The translations under genes were made by a program, and so were the position numbers. The notes below the pieces were generated by a model, which was not told where the DNA came from, made no database searches, and was given only the letters and a program-made list of their open reading frames with translations. Source: Bacilli bacterium (GTDB lineage: Bacteria > Bacillota_I > Bacilli_A > RF39 > UBA660). Taken from it: a stretch of DNA of 64,000 bases. Within the stretch, counting starts at the first letter, position 1; each line of letters opens with the position of its first letter. Below, piece after piece: positions 35,463-45,802 of this stretch. The DNA is taken from positions 447 to 64,446 of the forward strand of contig JAFUTR010000017.1 in assembly GCA_017477845.1 (NCBI GenBank), given 5' to 3'.

Positions 35463-36137
35463 TCAAATATCTTTTATTTTCCAATCAATAGGTTTTATAT
35501 TATTTTTAATTAAAAATTCATTTGTTTTTGAAAATGGCTTACTTCCAAAGAATCCTCTATATGCTGAAAGTGGGGATGGATGTGAAGACTCAATAATTAA
35601 ATGTTTTTTATTTGTTATTAATTTTTTCTTACTTCTAGCATCACTTCCCCATAATATGAAGACAACAGGTGTATCTTTTTTATTAATTATTTTTATAACT
35701 TCATCAGTAAATGTTTCCCATCCTTTATTTGAATGTGATTTTGGCTTATCTTTTACAACTGTAAGTGATGAATTTAAAAGTAAAACTCCCTGCTCAGCCC
35801 AAGATACTAAACTCCCATGATTTGGAGGTTTTATTCCTAAGTCAGTTTCTAACTCGCTAAATATATTAATTAATGAAGGAGGTTTTGCTATTCCAACTTT
35901 TACAGAGAAGGAAAGCCCCTCTGCTTCATTTTCACCATGATATGGATCTTGTCCTAATATTACTACTTTTACATTTTCATAAGGAGTTTTGATGAAAGCA
36001 TTAAATATTAGAGACATTTTTGGATATATTATTTTATTTTTATATTCATTGATAATAAAATTTTTAAGATTAATAAAATAATCTTTTTTATATTCCTCTT
36101 TTAATAACTTATCCCAAGTGTTATTGTTTCCTATCAT
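35463..36137 (-). CDS. ung: uracil-DNA glycosylase
   Basis: GQDPYHG, GVLLLN and HPSPLSA motifs. Confidence 0.92.
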   Translation of the reverse strand: MIGNNNTWDKLLKEEYKKDYFINLKNFIINEYKNKIIYPKMSLIFNAFIKTPYENVKVVILGQDPYHGENEAEGLSFSVKVGIAKPPSLINIFSELETDLGIKPPNHGSLVSWAEQGVLLLNSSLTVVKDKPKSHSNKGWETFTDEVIKIINKKDTPVVFILWGSDARSKKKLITNKKHLIIESSHPSPLSAYRGFFGSKPFSKTNEFLIKNNIKPIDWKIKDI

Positions 36138-37386
36138 AAATATCCTTTCTTATGCTAGATTTTAATTTCATTATTGCATAAATATTTATTAAAGTTGTTA
36201 ATGCTGTTAGAATATCAACATACGCCCAAATAGTACTTGATTTTATGTAAAAACTTAGTACTATTACTATTATAACAATTATTTTAGCAAGTGTATCACT
36301 TTTGTTTGATTTTAAATATTTTATGTTTAATAATCCATAATAATATGATGTTATAATTGTTGAAAAAGCGAATAAAGTAATTATTATATTTAAAATTAAT
36401 AGACCAAAATTACCAAAATGATAGTTGAAAGCGTAGTTTACAATTTCTATTCCATTAATATTGGATAATTTTGTAAGATCTAAATCACAAGTTAATATTA
36501 TTAAACAAGATACTGTAGTTATTATAAATGTAATTAATCGAGTTCCTATAATCTGAGTTTTTATAGTATTTTCTAAATCTTCATTTTTGGATAAAGCTGC
36601 TACCATCGAGGTTGTTCCCATGCCTGCCTCATTTGAAAAAATTGCTCTTTGAATTCCTATTATAATTGGTATAGTTGAAAGTGATTTTATTTTAAAACTT
36701 TCTTTTATTATATCTCTTATAATGCCTGGAACAATATAAACATTTTTATAAATAACAATTACACCAAGTGTAATATAAACAATATTCATAAAAGGAACTA
36801 AAAATGATACTGCTTTATTTATGCCTTCAAGACCTTTTCTAATAGTAAATATCACTATTATTAATAAAATTATCATTGTTAATATTTTGCTAAGTGAAAA
36901 ATAATTACTTAAAGAAATAATTATTGTATTACTTTGTATCAAAATAAAGGCAAAAAGATATGATAAAATAACCAAATATGAATATATTTTTGATAAACTT
37001 TTATTTTTTAATATGTTTTTTATATAAACTTGTGGTCCACCAAAAATTCCACATTTACTCTTTTCACGATATTTGACTCCAACAAGAACTTCTATATAGG
37101 TAAAAAGTGTTGTTAAAATGCTTGATACCCATATCCAAAATATTGATCCTTTTCCTCCTACAGTAAGAGAAAGTGCTATTCCGGAAATTGAACCAACACC
37201 TATCTTACCTGCAAGTGTTAAATTTAACAATTTTAGTTGTTCTTTTACGTCAATTTTTGCTATTGATTTTACTTTTTTTGATATTTTATATTGTGGAAAG
37301 TTTAAGTAAAACAAGAGAAATATCCCATAAAATATTATTATAATTGTTGTTATAATCCACAAAAGAGAACTTATATATTGTATCAC
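36121..37386 (-). CDS. amino acid carrier protein (alanine/glycine:cation symporter family)
   Basis: 421 aa, polytopic, with AGCS-like blocks (GVGSISGIALSLTVGGKGSIFWIW, EAGMGTTSMVAA). Confidence 0.7.
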   Translation of the reverse strand: MIQYISSLLWIITTIIIIFYGIFLLFYLNFPQYKISKKVKSIAKIDVKEQLKLLNLTLAGKIGVGSISGIALSLTVGGKGSIFWIWVSSILTTLFTYIEVLVGVKYREKSKCGIFGGPQVYIKNILKNKSLSKIYSYLVILSYLFAFILIQSNTIIISLSNYFSLSKILTMIILLIIVIFTIRKGLEGINKAVSFLVPFMNIVYITLGVIVIYKNVYIVPGIIRDIIKESFKIKSLSTIPIIIGIQRAIFSNEAGMGTTSMVAALSKNEDLENTIKTQIIGTRLITFIITTVSCLIILTCDLDLTKLSNINGIEIVNYAFNYHFGNFGLLILNIIITLFAFSTIITSYYYGLLNIKYLKSNKSDTLAKIIVIIVIVLSFYIKSSTIWAYVDILTALTTLINIYAIMKLKSSIRKDIYDRKQ

Positions 37387-37404
37387 CCTATCACCATTTA
37401 ATTA

Positions 37405-37437
37405 TACAAATAAAAATAGCTGTTTATGCAGCTATTT
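37405..37437 (-). terminator. intrinsic terminator after rlmH
   Basis: AAATAGCTG (37414-37422) pairs with CAGCTATTT (37429-37437). It is followed on the minus strand by TTTTATTT. Confidence 0.6.
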
Positions 37438-37887
37438 ATGATACTCTTCATTATTATTAATTTTAAATGCCCTATAAATTTGTTCTAGTAAAATAACCCT
37501 GAACAATTGATGAGGAAATGTCATTTTAGAAAAGGATAGTTTATAATTTGAAAGTTTTTTTATTTCAGCATCGAGTCCATAAGACCCTCCTATAATAAAG
37601 GTTATATTGCTATTTCCAATAAATATATTATTTAATCTATTAGCAAAGTCAATTGATGACTCTTCATTTCCATCAATTTCCAAAGTTATAATATAATCTT
37701 TTTTATTTACATATTTTAATATTTTTTCTTTTTCTTTTCTTAGTATCGTTATTTTATCATTATTTCCTACATCTTCTACTTCTATAATATCCAATTGATG
37801 AAATTTGGAAATTCTTTTTAGATATTCTTTTATAGCCTCTGTGAAATATTTTTCTTTAATATTGCCAACACATATTATTTTTATCAT
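37432..37887 (-). CDS. rlmH: 23S rRNA (pseudouridine1915-N3)-methyltransferase
   Basis: 151 aa of SPOUT fold with the typical N-terminus IKIICVGNIKEKYFTEAIKEY and C-terminus FPHQLFRVILLEQIYRA. Confidence 0.85.
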   Translation of the reverse strand: MIKIICVGNIKEKYFTEAIKEYLKRISKFHQLDIIEVEDVGNNDKITILRKEKEKILKYVNKKDYIITLEIDGNEESSIDFANRLNNIFIGNSNITFIIGGSYGLDAEIKKLSNYKLSFSKMTFPHQLFRVILLEQIYRAFKINNNEEYHK

Positions 37888-38651
37888 TATATTACTACTA
37901 GCTCCGTTTCTTCATGCTGGTTTGCAATAATAATGTTGTTGTTAAAATATTTATTATCTTTTAATTCATCTTTGACTTGTTCAAGTGCTAGTTCTCTTGT
38001 ATTGTTCTTTTCACTAAGATGGGCTAAAATTATATATTTAGTATTTTTACCAATTGTTTTATTCAAATATTTTCCTGTATATCTATTGGATAAGTGTCCT
38101 TTATCACTAATTACTCTTTGCTTAAGTATATATGGGTATGGACCATCCATAAGCATTTTTTCATCATGATTTGATTCAATTATATATGCATCTAAATTTT
38201 TGGATATTTCATAATATTTTCTATTTATATATCCAGTATCTGTTAGATATAGTACTCTTTTTTCTCCATCACCTATTATAAATCCATATGCTGGAACATC
38301 ATGCGATGCTGTAATATATTCTATATCTAAATTACCAATTGTAACAAATTTATCCTCTACAATTTCTATATTGTCAATATTAATAATCTTTTTTATTTCT
38401 CCAAATAATTCTTCTTTAATGAATACTTTAGTATTTATTTTTTTAATAACTGATGATAGTCCTCCAATATGGTCACTATGGGTATGGCTAATTATTATTC
38501 CATCTATTTCATTTATATCAATATTATTATTGTCTAAAGTCTTTTTTATCCTTTGATAGTTTACTCCAACATCAATTAAAATCTTGGTACCTTTAGATTC
38601 TATTAGAGTTGAATTTCCTTTAGATCCACTTGCTATTACTTTAATCTTCAT
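37887..38651 (-). CDS. MBL-fold metallo-hydrolase (YycJ/WalJ-like)
   Basis: HTHSDH motif, size, and position next to rlmH. Confidence 0.75.
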   Translation of the reverse strand: MKIKVIASGSKGNSTLIESKGTKILIDVGVNYQRIKKTLDNNNIDINEIDGIIISHTHSDHIGGLSSVIKKINTKVFIKEELFGEIKKIINIDNIEIVEDKFVTIGNLDIEYITASHDVPAYGFIIGDGEKRVLYLTDTGYINRKYYEISKNLDAYIIESNHDEKMLMDGPYPYILKQRVISDKGHLSNRYTGKYLNKTIGKNTKYIILAHLSEKNNTRELALEQVKDELKDNKYFNNNIIIANQHEETELVVI

Positions 38652-38652
38652 G

Positions 38653-40119
38653 TTAATAAAACCTTGCTGGATTTAGGAATGTACCACCATAGAATGGGAA
38701 TCCACTTGATATAGAGAAATGTAAGTGACATCCAAAAGCATATCCAGTTTGTCCCATAGTACCTATTTTTTGACCCATAGAAACAGTTTGTCCTTCTTTT
38801 ACTCCTAAAGAAGCTAAATGAGCATACATTGTATAGTATCCATTGTTATGATTTATAACAATATAGTTTCCATTCGTTTTTGTATAAGTGGCTTTTTCAA
38901 CTACTCCGTTATTTGCTGAATAAATAGGTGAATTACATCCAGTTCCTGATATATCAATTCCTTCATGAAGTTTTCCCCAGCGCCATCCATATGGACTTGT
39001 TATTGTATATGGTTTTGCTGTAGGCCATCCCCATACTCCTAGATTCCCTACTGTTGGGATTTCTTTACTACCTTTTAAAATGATTTTTGGAGTAGATGGT
39101 TTAGTAACTTCAGTTTTAGTTATTACTGCAGATTGAATCTCACCATTAATTTTTTGAACTTTTTTTGTTACCCTTATTGTTCCATTTTCTCCTTCTTGCT
39201 TAACTTTATCATATCCAACCATCATTGTTTCGTCATATTCAATTTTTGTTTCAAATTTTTCTTCTTGAAGTTCAACTACATGATCTTCCTCTATTAATTT
39301 AAATAGTGGATTGATAAGTCCAAGATTAACTGTTTGCCCTTCATACAACAAATTATTTTCACTTGTAAATTCTGGATTTGCTATTAAAAATTCATCAACT
39401 GATAATTTATTTTTATAAGCTATATCACTAATTGAATCACCAAGTTTAACAACATATTTTTGTTGATCATTTACAGTTCCAAATAACATGTACTTATTAA
39501 GTTCTTCAGTATCTGTAAAGATTTTTTCTTCAGTAGATATTTTTCCTTCTGTTATTGTTATTTGATTTTTGATATAGATATCTTCAATTATTGTTCCTAT
39601 ATCTTCTAATTCTTGTTGTTCTTTATTTATAAATGCTGTATATTCTTCTTCAGGTATAAAAACTGCAACTGTATTTTTTATTGATTTTTCAAATAATTCT
39701 CTATCAATTACATTTATTTTTTGATCTGGTGTTGTTGTTTTTTCTTCTCCTTCATTTTGTTCTTCAACACCCTTAATTGTAATTGTATATCCACTAATGG
39801 TAAAAGGGGCTAATCCTTTTATTTTTTCATATATTTCTTTTTCAGTTGAGATGTTATCAACATATGTTATTTCTTTTACTATATCAAGATCATTTGGTAA
39901 AAATACTTTTGATACATTATATTTTTCTTTGATTTCATATTGTTCATCATCTATGTACTTTTCTAATAAATCTTTATTTTTAATATATCCTATTGTTTTC
40001 CCGCTTAGATAAACACGATATACTTCTTTTGGTTCTTCTACTTTCTTATAGCCTACAAAGAAAATAGAGGAACTTATAATTATTGACAATATAATAATTA
40101 AGTAATCCTTTTTATTCAT
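38653..40119 (-). CDS. membrane-anchored M23 peptidase with LysM- and G5-like modules
   Basis: Intact M23 motifs HEGIDISG and GCHLHFSI. The LysM-like segment is YVVKLGDSISDIAYKNKLSVDEFLIANP. The start is set at ATG 40119, with AAGGAGAA upstream. Confidence 0.7.
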   Translation of the reverse strand: MNKKDYLIIILSIIISSSIFFVGYKKVEEPKEVYRVYLSGKTIGYIKNKDLLEKYIDDEQYEIKEKYNVSKVFLPNDLDIVKEITYVDNISTEKEIYEKIKGLAPFTISGYTITIKGVEEQNEGEEKTTTPDQKINVIDRELFEKSIKNTVAVFIPEEEYTAFINKEQQELEDIGTIIEDIYIKNQITITEGKISTEEKIFTDTEELNKYMLFGTVNDQQKYVVKLGDSISDIAYKNKLSVDEFLIANPEFTSENNLLYEGQTVNLGLINPLFKLIEEDHVVELQEEKFETKIEYDETMMVGYDKVKQEGENGTIRVTKKVQKINGEIQSAVITKTEVTKPSTPKIILKGSKEIPTVGNLGVWGWPTAKPYTITSPYGWRWGKLHEGIDISGTGCNSPIYSANNGVVEKATYTKTNGNYIVINHNNGYYTMYAHLASLGVKEGQTVSMGQKIGTMGQTGYAFGCHLHFSISSGFPFYGGTFLNPARFY

Positions 40120-41467
40120 TTGATTCTCCTTTTTTGTCTTCAAATACCGAGAAGAATTTTGATATATCTTTTTTAAATCTTAATGGAATTGTTCCTGTAG
40201 CACCATTACGATGCTTTGCAACAATAAACTCAAGATCACTTATCTGATCTTTTGTTTCTAAATCTTTTTTGTAGTAATCTTCTCTATATAAAAATGCAAC
40301 TATATCAGCGTCTTGCTCTATTGAACCAGATTCTCTTAAGTCACTAAGTATTGGCCTTGGATTTTCTTTTCTTTGTTCAGCTGAACGTGATAATTGCGCA
40401 AGTGCTATTACTGGCACTTTTAATTCAAGTGACATAAGCTTTAGTGCTCTTGAAATATCTGATACTTCTTGCTGTCTATTTCCGCCATAATTTGCGGCAG
40501 ATGTTATAAGCTGTAAGTAGTCAATTACAACTAAGTCTAGTCCTGATTCTGAATTTGCAAGACGTCTACATTTGCTTCTTATATCTCCTATTGTTACACC
40601 TGGAGTATCATCCATATATATATTTGTACTTTCCAGTTTTGCTAATGCTTCATTAACTTTATCCCAATCATCTTGTAGTGCTCCTGTTGCAAGTTTATAT
40701 CCTTCTACGTGTCCTAAGCAAGATATCATTCTTGATACTAGGCTTTCTGCACTCATCTCTAAACTAAAAATTGCCACTGTTGCATTAGAATTTACTGCTG
40801 CATTTGTAGCCAAATTTAATGCCCATGCACTTTTTCCAACTGCTGGTCGAGCAGCAATTATAATTAATTGTCCTTCATGAAGTCCTGCTGTTAATTTATC
40901 AAGTCTTTCCCATCCTGTTGGAAGTCCAGTTATTTCTCCATTTTGTGTAGATAATTTTTCTAAATTTGCTTTTGCTGAATTAACTACTTCTTTGATTGTT
41001 CTAAATTCTGTTGTTCTTCTATTATTAACAACATTTAATATTCTTCTTTCTGCTTCATCTAATGTTGTATTTATATCAACTGATTTATCATATGCATTTG
41101 TTGCAATATCAGTAGAGACTTCTATTAGTCTTCTTTGTAGAGCTGTCTCTTCTACAAGTTTTATATATTGTTCGACATTTGCTGCAGTTGGAACTATGTT
41201 AAATATTTCTGTTAAATATTCCATTCCTCCAACTTGAGTTAATAAATCTTTATTTCTTAGTTCAGAAGTAACTGTTGTAGCATCTATAGGGATTCCTTTA
41301 TCATGTAATTCTTTCATTATATTAAATATTTTAGAATTACTGTCATAATAAAATGAATCAGGCTGTAGTGCATCACATGCTTTTTGTAAAGCATAAGTAG
41401 ATAAAAACATCGATCCTAAAACAGACTGCTCTGCAATCATATTATTAGGTATTTCTTTTATTGCCAT
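40112..41467 (-). CDS. dnaB: replicative DNA helicase
   Basis: Walker A ARPAVGKS plus conserved DnaB blocks (IAEQSVLGSM, VVIDYLQLI, LSRSAEQR). Confidence 0.96.
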   Translation of the reverse strand: MAIKEIPNNMIAEQSVLGSMFLSTYALQKACDALQPDSFYYDSNSKIFNIMKELHDKGIPIDATTVTSELRNKDLLTQVGGMEYLTEIFNIVPTAANVEQYIKLVEETALQRRLIEVSTDIATNAYDKSVDINTTLDEAERRILNVVNNRRTTEFRTIKEVVNSAKANLEKLSTQNGEITGLPTGWERLDKLTAGLHEGQLIIIAARPAVGKSAWALNLATNAAVNSNATVAIFSLEMSAESLVSRMISCLGHVEGYKLATGALQDDWDKVNEALAKLESTNIYMDDTPGVTIGDIRSKCRRLANSESGLDLVVIDYLQLITSAANYGGNRQQEVSDISRALKLMSLELKVPVIALAQLSRSAEQRKENPRPILSDLRESGSIEQDADIVAFLYREDYYKKDLETKDQISDLEFIVAKHRNGATGTIPLRFKKDISKFFSVFEDKKGESNE

Positions 41468-41480
41468 ACAATATCACTTC

Positions 41481-41921
41481 CTATTTTTCTAGTTTTACTT
41501 TTAAAACTCCAACTATTTCTTTATATAATGCTATTTTAACATTATGGTATCCCAATGATGATAATCCTTCATCTAGTAAAATTTGTTTTTTATCAATTTT
41601 GATTTTTTCTTGTTCTAATTCTTCTTTTATTTGTTTTGTGCTAACACTTCCAAAAACTTTATCTTGTGCTCCAGTTTTTACTTTGAATATTAGTTCTATT
41701 TTTGATAACTGATTTTTTATTTTTTCAGCATCTTTTCTAAATTTTTCATCTTGTTTTTGTTCTTCTTTTCTAGTGTCAAGATAGTCTTGATAATTATTTT
41801 CAGTCAACTTTTTTGCATAACCATTTTTTATTAAATAATTTTCTGCATATCCATCTTTAACTTCTTTAATTTCTCCTCTTTTACCTTGACCTCTTAAATC
41901 TTTAATAAATATTACTTTCAT
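41481..41921 (-). CDS. rplI: 50S ribosomal protein L9
   Basis: [31 protein letters not shown]. Confidence 0.92.
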   Translation of the reverse strand: MKVIFIKDLRGQGKRGEIKEVKDGYAENYLIKNGYAKKLTENNYQDYLDTRKEEQKQDEKFRKDAEKIKNQLSKIELIFKVKTGAQDKVFGSVSTKQIKEELEQEKIKIDKKQILLDEGLSSLGYHNVKIALYKEIVGVLKVKLEK

Positions 41922-41933
41922 AATTACTCCTTC

Positions 41934-42905
41934 CTAATTGAGAGTTTTTATTATATTTTTTAATTCTTCCTCAACTTTTTTTATTGTAGAGTCTTTAATA
42001 GATGCTCCTGCTTCATTTTCATCTCCACCGCCATTAAATTTTTCTAATATTTTACCTACATTTATTATTCCAAGTGATCTAGCACTGATACCAATTTCAC
42101 CATTTTCTAATTTTCCTATTACAAATGAAGCCTTTATTTTGTCAAATTGTAAAAGAGTATCTGCTATTTTTGCAAGATCTTCCCTTCTATATATAATGTT
42201 TGATTTACCTTTAGATAGTGCAACATTTTTAATTTGTTTTACGTTTGTTATGACTTTTTGGCGCTCTACATATTCTTTTAAATCTTGTTTTAATAAATAT
42301 TGTACGTATCTAGGATCTGCTCCTTGAAGACTTAGAATATAGCTAGTTCTATATGTATCTGTTGTTGTCTTAATTACATAATTAGTTGTATCAAGTACTA
42401 TTCCAGATAATATAATTGTTGCTGTTTTTTTATTGATTTTTATGTTTTCATTGTCAAGTAAATCTGCTATCATTTCACAAGTGCTAGATGCATCTTTATC
42501 AATAATAATAAGACCTTTATTTATAGATTGTTTATTTTCATCATGATGGTCTATTACTATTACTTTTTTAAATAAACTGAATAATTCTTTATCTTGTAAT
42601 AAATAATCTTTATTTGTATCTACTACAATTAAAAGACTTTCATTGTTAATTTTATCTTTTATTTTATTTGATGTTTTTATTGAATATTCATCTTTTATTG
42701 CATCTAATGCCTTTTTAACGCCCTTTTCATTTTTTTTATCATTGATTATAATAACTGGTCTTTTACCTTTTTCTTTAATATATTCATAGATTCCTACAGC
42801 TCCACCTAAAGCATCTAAATCTAAATAGCGATGCCCCATTATAAATATATTTGTAGAATTCACAATCATATTGTTTAATTCATCTATGTGTTTTAATATC
42901 TCCAT
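41934..42905 (-). CDS. DHH/DHHA1-family phosphoesterase
   Basis: DLD, DTN, DHH and GGG-type motifs (GHRYLDLDALG, VVDTN, VIDHHD, FNGGGDENEAG). It sits in the gdpP position next to rplI but lacks the N-terminal membrane/PAS part. The start is set at ATG 42905, after GGAGGG. Confidence 0.7.
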   Translation of the reverse strand: MEILKHIDELNNMIVNSTNIFIMGHRYLDLDALGGAVGIYEYIKEKGKRPVIIINDKKNEKGVKKALDAIKDEYSIKTSNKIKDKINNESLLIVVDTNKDYLLQDKELFSLFKKVIVIDHHDENKQSINKGLIIIDKDASSTCEMIADLLDNENIKINKKTATIILSGIVLDTTNYVIKTTTDTYRTSYILSLQGADPRYVQYLLKQDLKEYVERQKVITNVKQIKNVALSKGKSNIIYRREDLAKIADTLLQFDKIKASFVIGKLENGEIGISARSLGIINVGKILEKFNGGGDENEAGASIKDSTIKKVEEELKNIIKTLN

Positions 42906-42962
42906 GTGCCCTCCAATTTCTCTTTTATTATACAATAAATGTGCATAAAATAAAAGAAAAGA

Positions 42963-43259
42963 TTAGTTCCTTTTCTTTTTTAATTTTATAATTCTAATTA
43001 TTTTAGTTTTTTTGTTACCAATTATAAATCCTATAACTAAAATTAGGATGAAATAAATATGTAAAGAAGCATTGTTTATTAAAAATAAAAGATAAAAATA
43101 CGATATAGATAAAAGAATTGAATATGATAGATTACATAATATTCTAATAAAAGTTTTTTTATTATATAGTAGGAAGTAAATAATATTATATATCATTGCA
43201 ACAAACATCCCAAATACAAATGATACTATTAATGATTGAATTTGTATTTCAAGAGTCAT
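42963..43259 (-). CDS. yabQ: spore cortex biosynthesis protein YabQ-like
   Basis: 98-aa multi-TM protein immediately after yabP. Confidence 0.55.
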   Translation of the reverse strand: MTLEIQIQSLIVSFVFGMFVAMIYNIIYFLLYNKKTFIRILCNLSYSILLSISYFYLLFLINNASLHIYFILILVIGFIIGNKKTKIIRIIKLKKKRN

Positions 43260-43549
43260 TATTTAAATAAACGATTAATTATACTTTCTTTTTCCTTTGA
43301 CTTAGGTTCATCTATATAATCCATTCCAATTATTTTACCTTTTATAGAAACATTTCCTTGCATTGTATCTAATTTTATCAATTCCAATTCTTCACCTTTG
43401 ACTAAAAGAGGTCCCATAGTAGTTTCCATTAAAAATTCTTGATCATCAAAATTTTCAATTTTTTTTACTCCAGATACTAATACATTTTTTCTATCAGCTA
43501 GTGATATTCCATGATTATAATTACTAAGTACATTATCTACTTTGTCCAT
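43259..43549 (-). CDS. yabP: sporulation protein YabP
   Basis: 96 aa. ISLADRKNVLVSGVKKIENFDDQEFLMETTMGPLLVKGEELELIKLD is YabP-like. Confidence 0.75.
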   Translation of the reverse strand: MDKVDNVLSNYNHGISLADRKNVLVSGVKKIENFDDQEFLMETTMGPLLVKGEELELIKLDTMQGNVSIKGKIIGMDYIDEPKSKEKESIINRLFK

Positions 43550-43598
43550 ATTTAGATTATCCTCCTAGTCAATAATATGCTTCAATGTTATAAATATG

Positions 43599-43626
43599 AA
43601 AAAAAATAAAAGCATTTCTGCTTTTA
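43599..43626 (-). terminator. intrinsic terminator after spoVG
   Basis: TAAAAGCA-TTTC-TGCTTTTA (43607-43626), followed on the minus strand by a T-run. Confidence 0.65.
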
Positions 43627-43627
43627 T

Positions 43628-43918
43628 TTATTCTTCTGTTTCAGCTTCTTCGTAAGCCTTAAGAATTTTTTCTTCGAATAAAGCTCTTATCTCAGGATTA
43701 ATAGGATGAACAATATCACGATGTACTGTTACTGTTTCTCCTTCTTCATTTTCAACTTCTCTAGAAGTACTAGGCATAGCAATGAATAATCCATTTTTAC
43801 CTTCGATTATACGAATATTATGAATTGCTAATCCATTGTCAACTACAACAGATGCTCTACCTTTCATATGAGATCCTTCGCGTTCTTCTTTCTTTACTCT
43901 TACTGATGTAATCTCCAT
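43628..43918 (-). CDS. spoVG: septation/sporulation regulator SpoVG
   Basis: MEITSVRVKK...ASVVVDNGLAIHNIRIIEGKNGLFIAMPS. Confidence 0.92.
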   Translation of the reverse strand: MEITSVRVKKEEREGSHMKGRASVVVDNGLAIHNIRIIEGKNGLFIAMPSTSREVENEEGETVTVHRDIVHPINPEIRALFEEKILKAYEEAETEE

Positions 43919-43990
43919 TTATTTCCTCCCCATAAAGTTTTTAACTTTATAACATAATCGTATAATAAATTTTTATAAAATGCAAACAAT

Positions 43991-44206
43991 TTATATAAAA
44001 ATTTTTAAATTTTCTGTTATCACGTCACTGTATGTAAAAGATTTAATTTTGTTCGATTTTTCGGGCTTAATTGTAAAAATAGCGTTATAAGTATTTTCTA
44101 TTCTTCCATCGAACTCCTCTGTTTGATTTCTAGCTCCAAAGTATTTAAAATGAATTATTTTTCCTTTATAACTTTCTATATTACTTTTTACAATTGATAT
44201 ATTCAC
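43991..44206 (-). CDS. veg: Veg protein
   Basis: 71 aa. IKSNIESYKGKIIHFKYFGARNQTEEFDGRIENTYNAIFTI, in the expected position between rsmA and spoVG. Confidence 0.8.
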   Translation of the reverse strand: MNISIVKSNIESYKGKIIHFKYFGARNQTEEFDGRIENTYNAIFTIKPEKSNKIKSFTYSDVITENLKIFI

Positions 44207-44275
44207 TTTTTTCTCCTTTAAAAAACATATAATCTTTTCTCTAGATTATATGCTTATTATTTTTTTAATATTCAT

Positions 44276-45079
44276 TTAAATGTTATTACTAATTTCAATA
44301 AATACTTCAATTGGTATATTTTCAGCTCTTACATCAACTGGTAGATTATTTTTTACTAAAATTTTTTCTATTATTTTAAAATCATATTTTTTTAAGTTAT
44401 TTTTTAAAGTTTTTCTTTTTTGAACAAAAGAATCTTTGATAAGTTTAAAAAACTTATCCTCATTGTTAATATTATATTTTTTTTCTTTTTTAGTAAAAGA
44501 AATAATTATGCTATCAACATTTGGTTTTGGAAAAAAGGAATTTCTTGATACAGTAAATTCTTTATTTATGTCAAAAAAATAATTTAAATATATCGATATT
44601 GAGGAATAATCTTTTGAACCAGATTTTGCACTAAATCTTTCACCTACTTCTTTTTGGACCATTAAAACCATTTTTTTTACATCTATTTTATCTTCTATTA
44701 TTTTGTTTATTATTGGTGTCGTAATATAATATGGTAAATTAGCTATTACATATAAATTATTATATTTAATATTTTTTATATCTTCTTTTATATTTCTATT
44801 TAAAAAATTATCGAAAATTAAATAAAAATTATCACTTTTTATTTTAGATTTTAAATTATCTTCTAATTCTTTATCTATTTCGTATGCTAATACTTTTGAT
44901 TTTTTTATTAATTCTTCAGTAAGTGCTCCACCGCCTGGTCCTATTTCAATTATCAAATCTTCTTTACTTGTTTCTGCTACTGATACAATTTTATTAACTA
45001 CATTTTTATCATTTAAAAAGTTTTGACCATATTTTTTTTTAAAGTTATGTTCTATCATATTTTTTCCCTTCTCAATCAT
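44276..45079 (-). CDS. rsmA: 16S rRNA (adenine1518/1519-N6)-dimethyltransferase
   Basis: KKYGQNFL and EIGPGGGALT motifs. Confidence 0.9.
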   Translation of the reverse strand: MIEKGKNMIEHNFKKKYGQNFLNDKNVVNKIVSVAETSKEDLIIEIGPGGGALTEELIKKSKVLAYEIDKELEDNLKSKIKSDNFYLIFDNFLNRNIKEDIKNIKYNNLYVIANLPYYITTPIINKIIEDKIDVKKMVLMVQKEVGERFSAKSGSKDYSSISIYLNYFFDINKEFTVSRNSFFPKPNVDSIIISFTKKEKKYNINNEDKFFKLIKDSFVQKRKTLKNNLKKYDFKIIEKILVKNNLPVDVRAENIPIEVFIEISNNI

Positions 45080-45145
45080 ATTATAGATAATTTAATTTAT
45101 TTTTGCAATTTTATATAAAATAAAAATCTGAAAATATTTTCAGAT

Positions 45146-45745
45146 TTATTTCTTTTTAGTGATTTCTACTGAGATCATATTTCTTCCCATATAACCTCTA
45201 TCTATAACACTTTTTGAATCTTTTACGAATAAATCAACTCTTGTATCTTTATAACATGCTCCACATGTATCAAGTATTATTCCAGGATATTCAACGCCAT
45301 CTATAGTAAGTTTTACTTCATCATAATACTTAAAATATGTTCTTCCTTCCACTGTTCCAAAGGTTTTTTGAAGGTAGGTAGTTGCCGCAGCAATTACAAG
45401 TTTTCCTTTATATGTTAACCAACCTTTTTCATTTGGAGTAAAATCCCAAGTACATAATCCTGTACCTGTACATGCCCCACTATTAAGTTCATCATTATGA
45501 TAATATGATGTTAATCTATATTTAGTGATTACTGGCATTTGAACTTTTTTTTCTTCTTCAATTCTTTTTGGAACATATTTATCTACCATATGTGATGACT
45601 TTAGTGAGTTTACTCCCGAAACATTGAATGTTACTATTCTTTTAACTTCGCCAATTTTAAATAACATAGTAAACACAACAACTACATAAATCATGTAAAT
45701 TGAACAATTACGGAATATTTTTAAAGTTCTTGATTTATTCATCAA
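45146..45745 (-). CDS. 3D-domain (RlpA/MltA-like double-psi beta-barrel) protein, YabE-like position
   Basis: N-terminal TM segment. The C-terminal region (LTSYYHND..., IILDTCGAC..TRVDLFV) looks 3D-domain-like. It sits between tatD and rsmA. Confidence 0.5.
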   Translation of the reverse strand: MMNKSRTLKIFRNCSIYMIYVVVVFTMLFKIGEVKRIVTFNVSGVNSLKSSHMVDKYVPKRIEEEKKVQMPVITKYRLTSYYHNDELNSGACTGTGLCTWDFTPNEKGWLTYKGKLVIAAATTYLQKTFGTVEGRTYFKYYDEVKLTIDGVEYPGIILDTCGACYKDTRVDLFVKDSKSVIDRGYMGRNMISVEITKKK

Positions 45746-45802
45746 AATACCTCACAGATTATATAACTTATAAAACGATAATAACACAATTTATATTTTT
45801 AG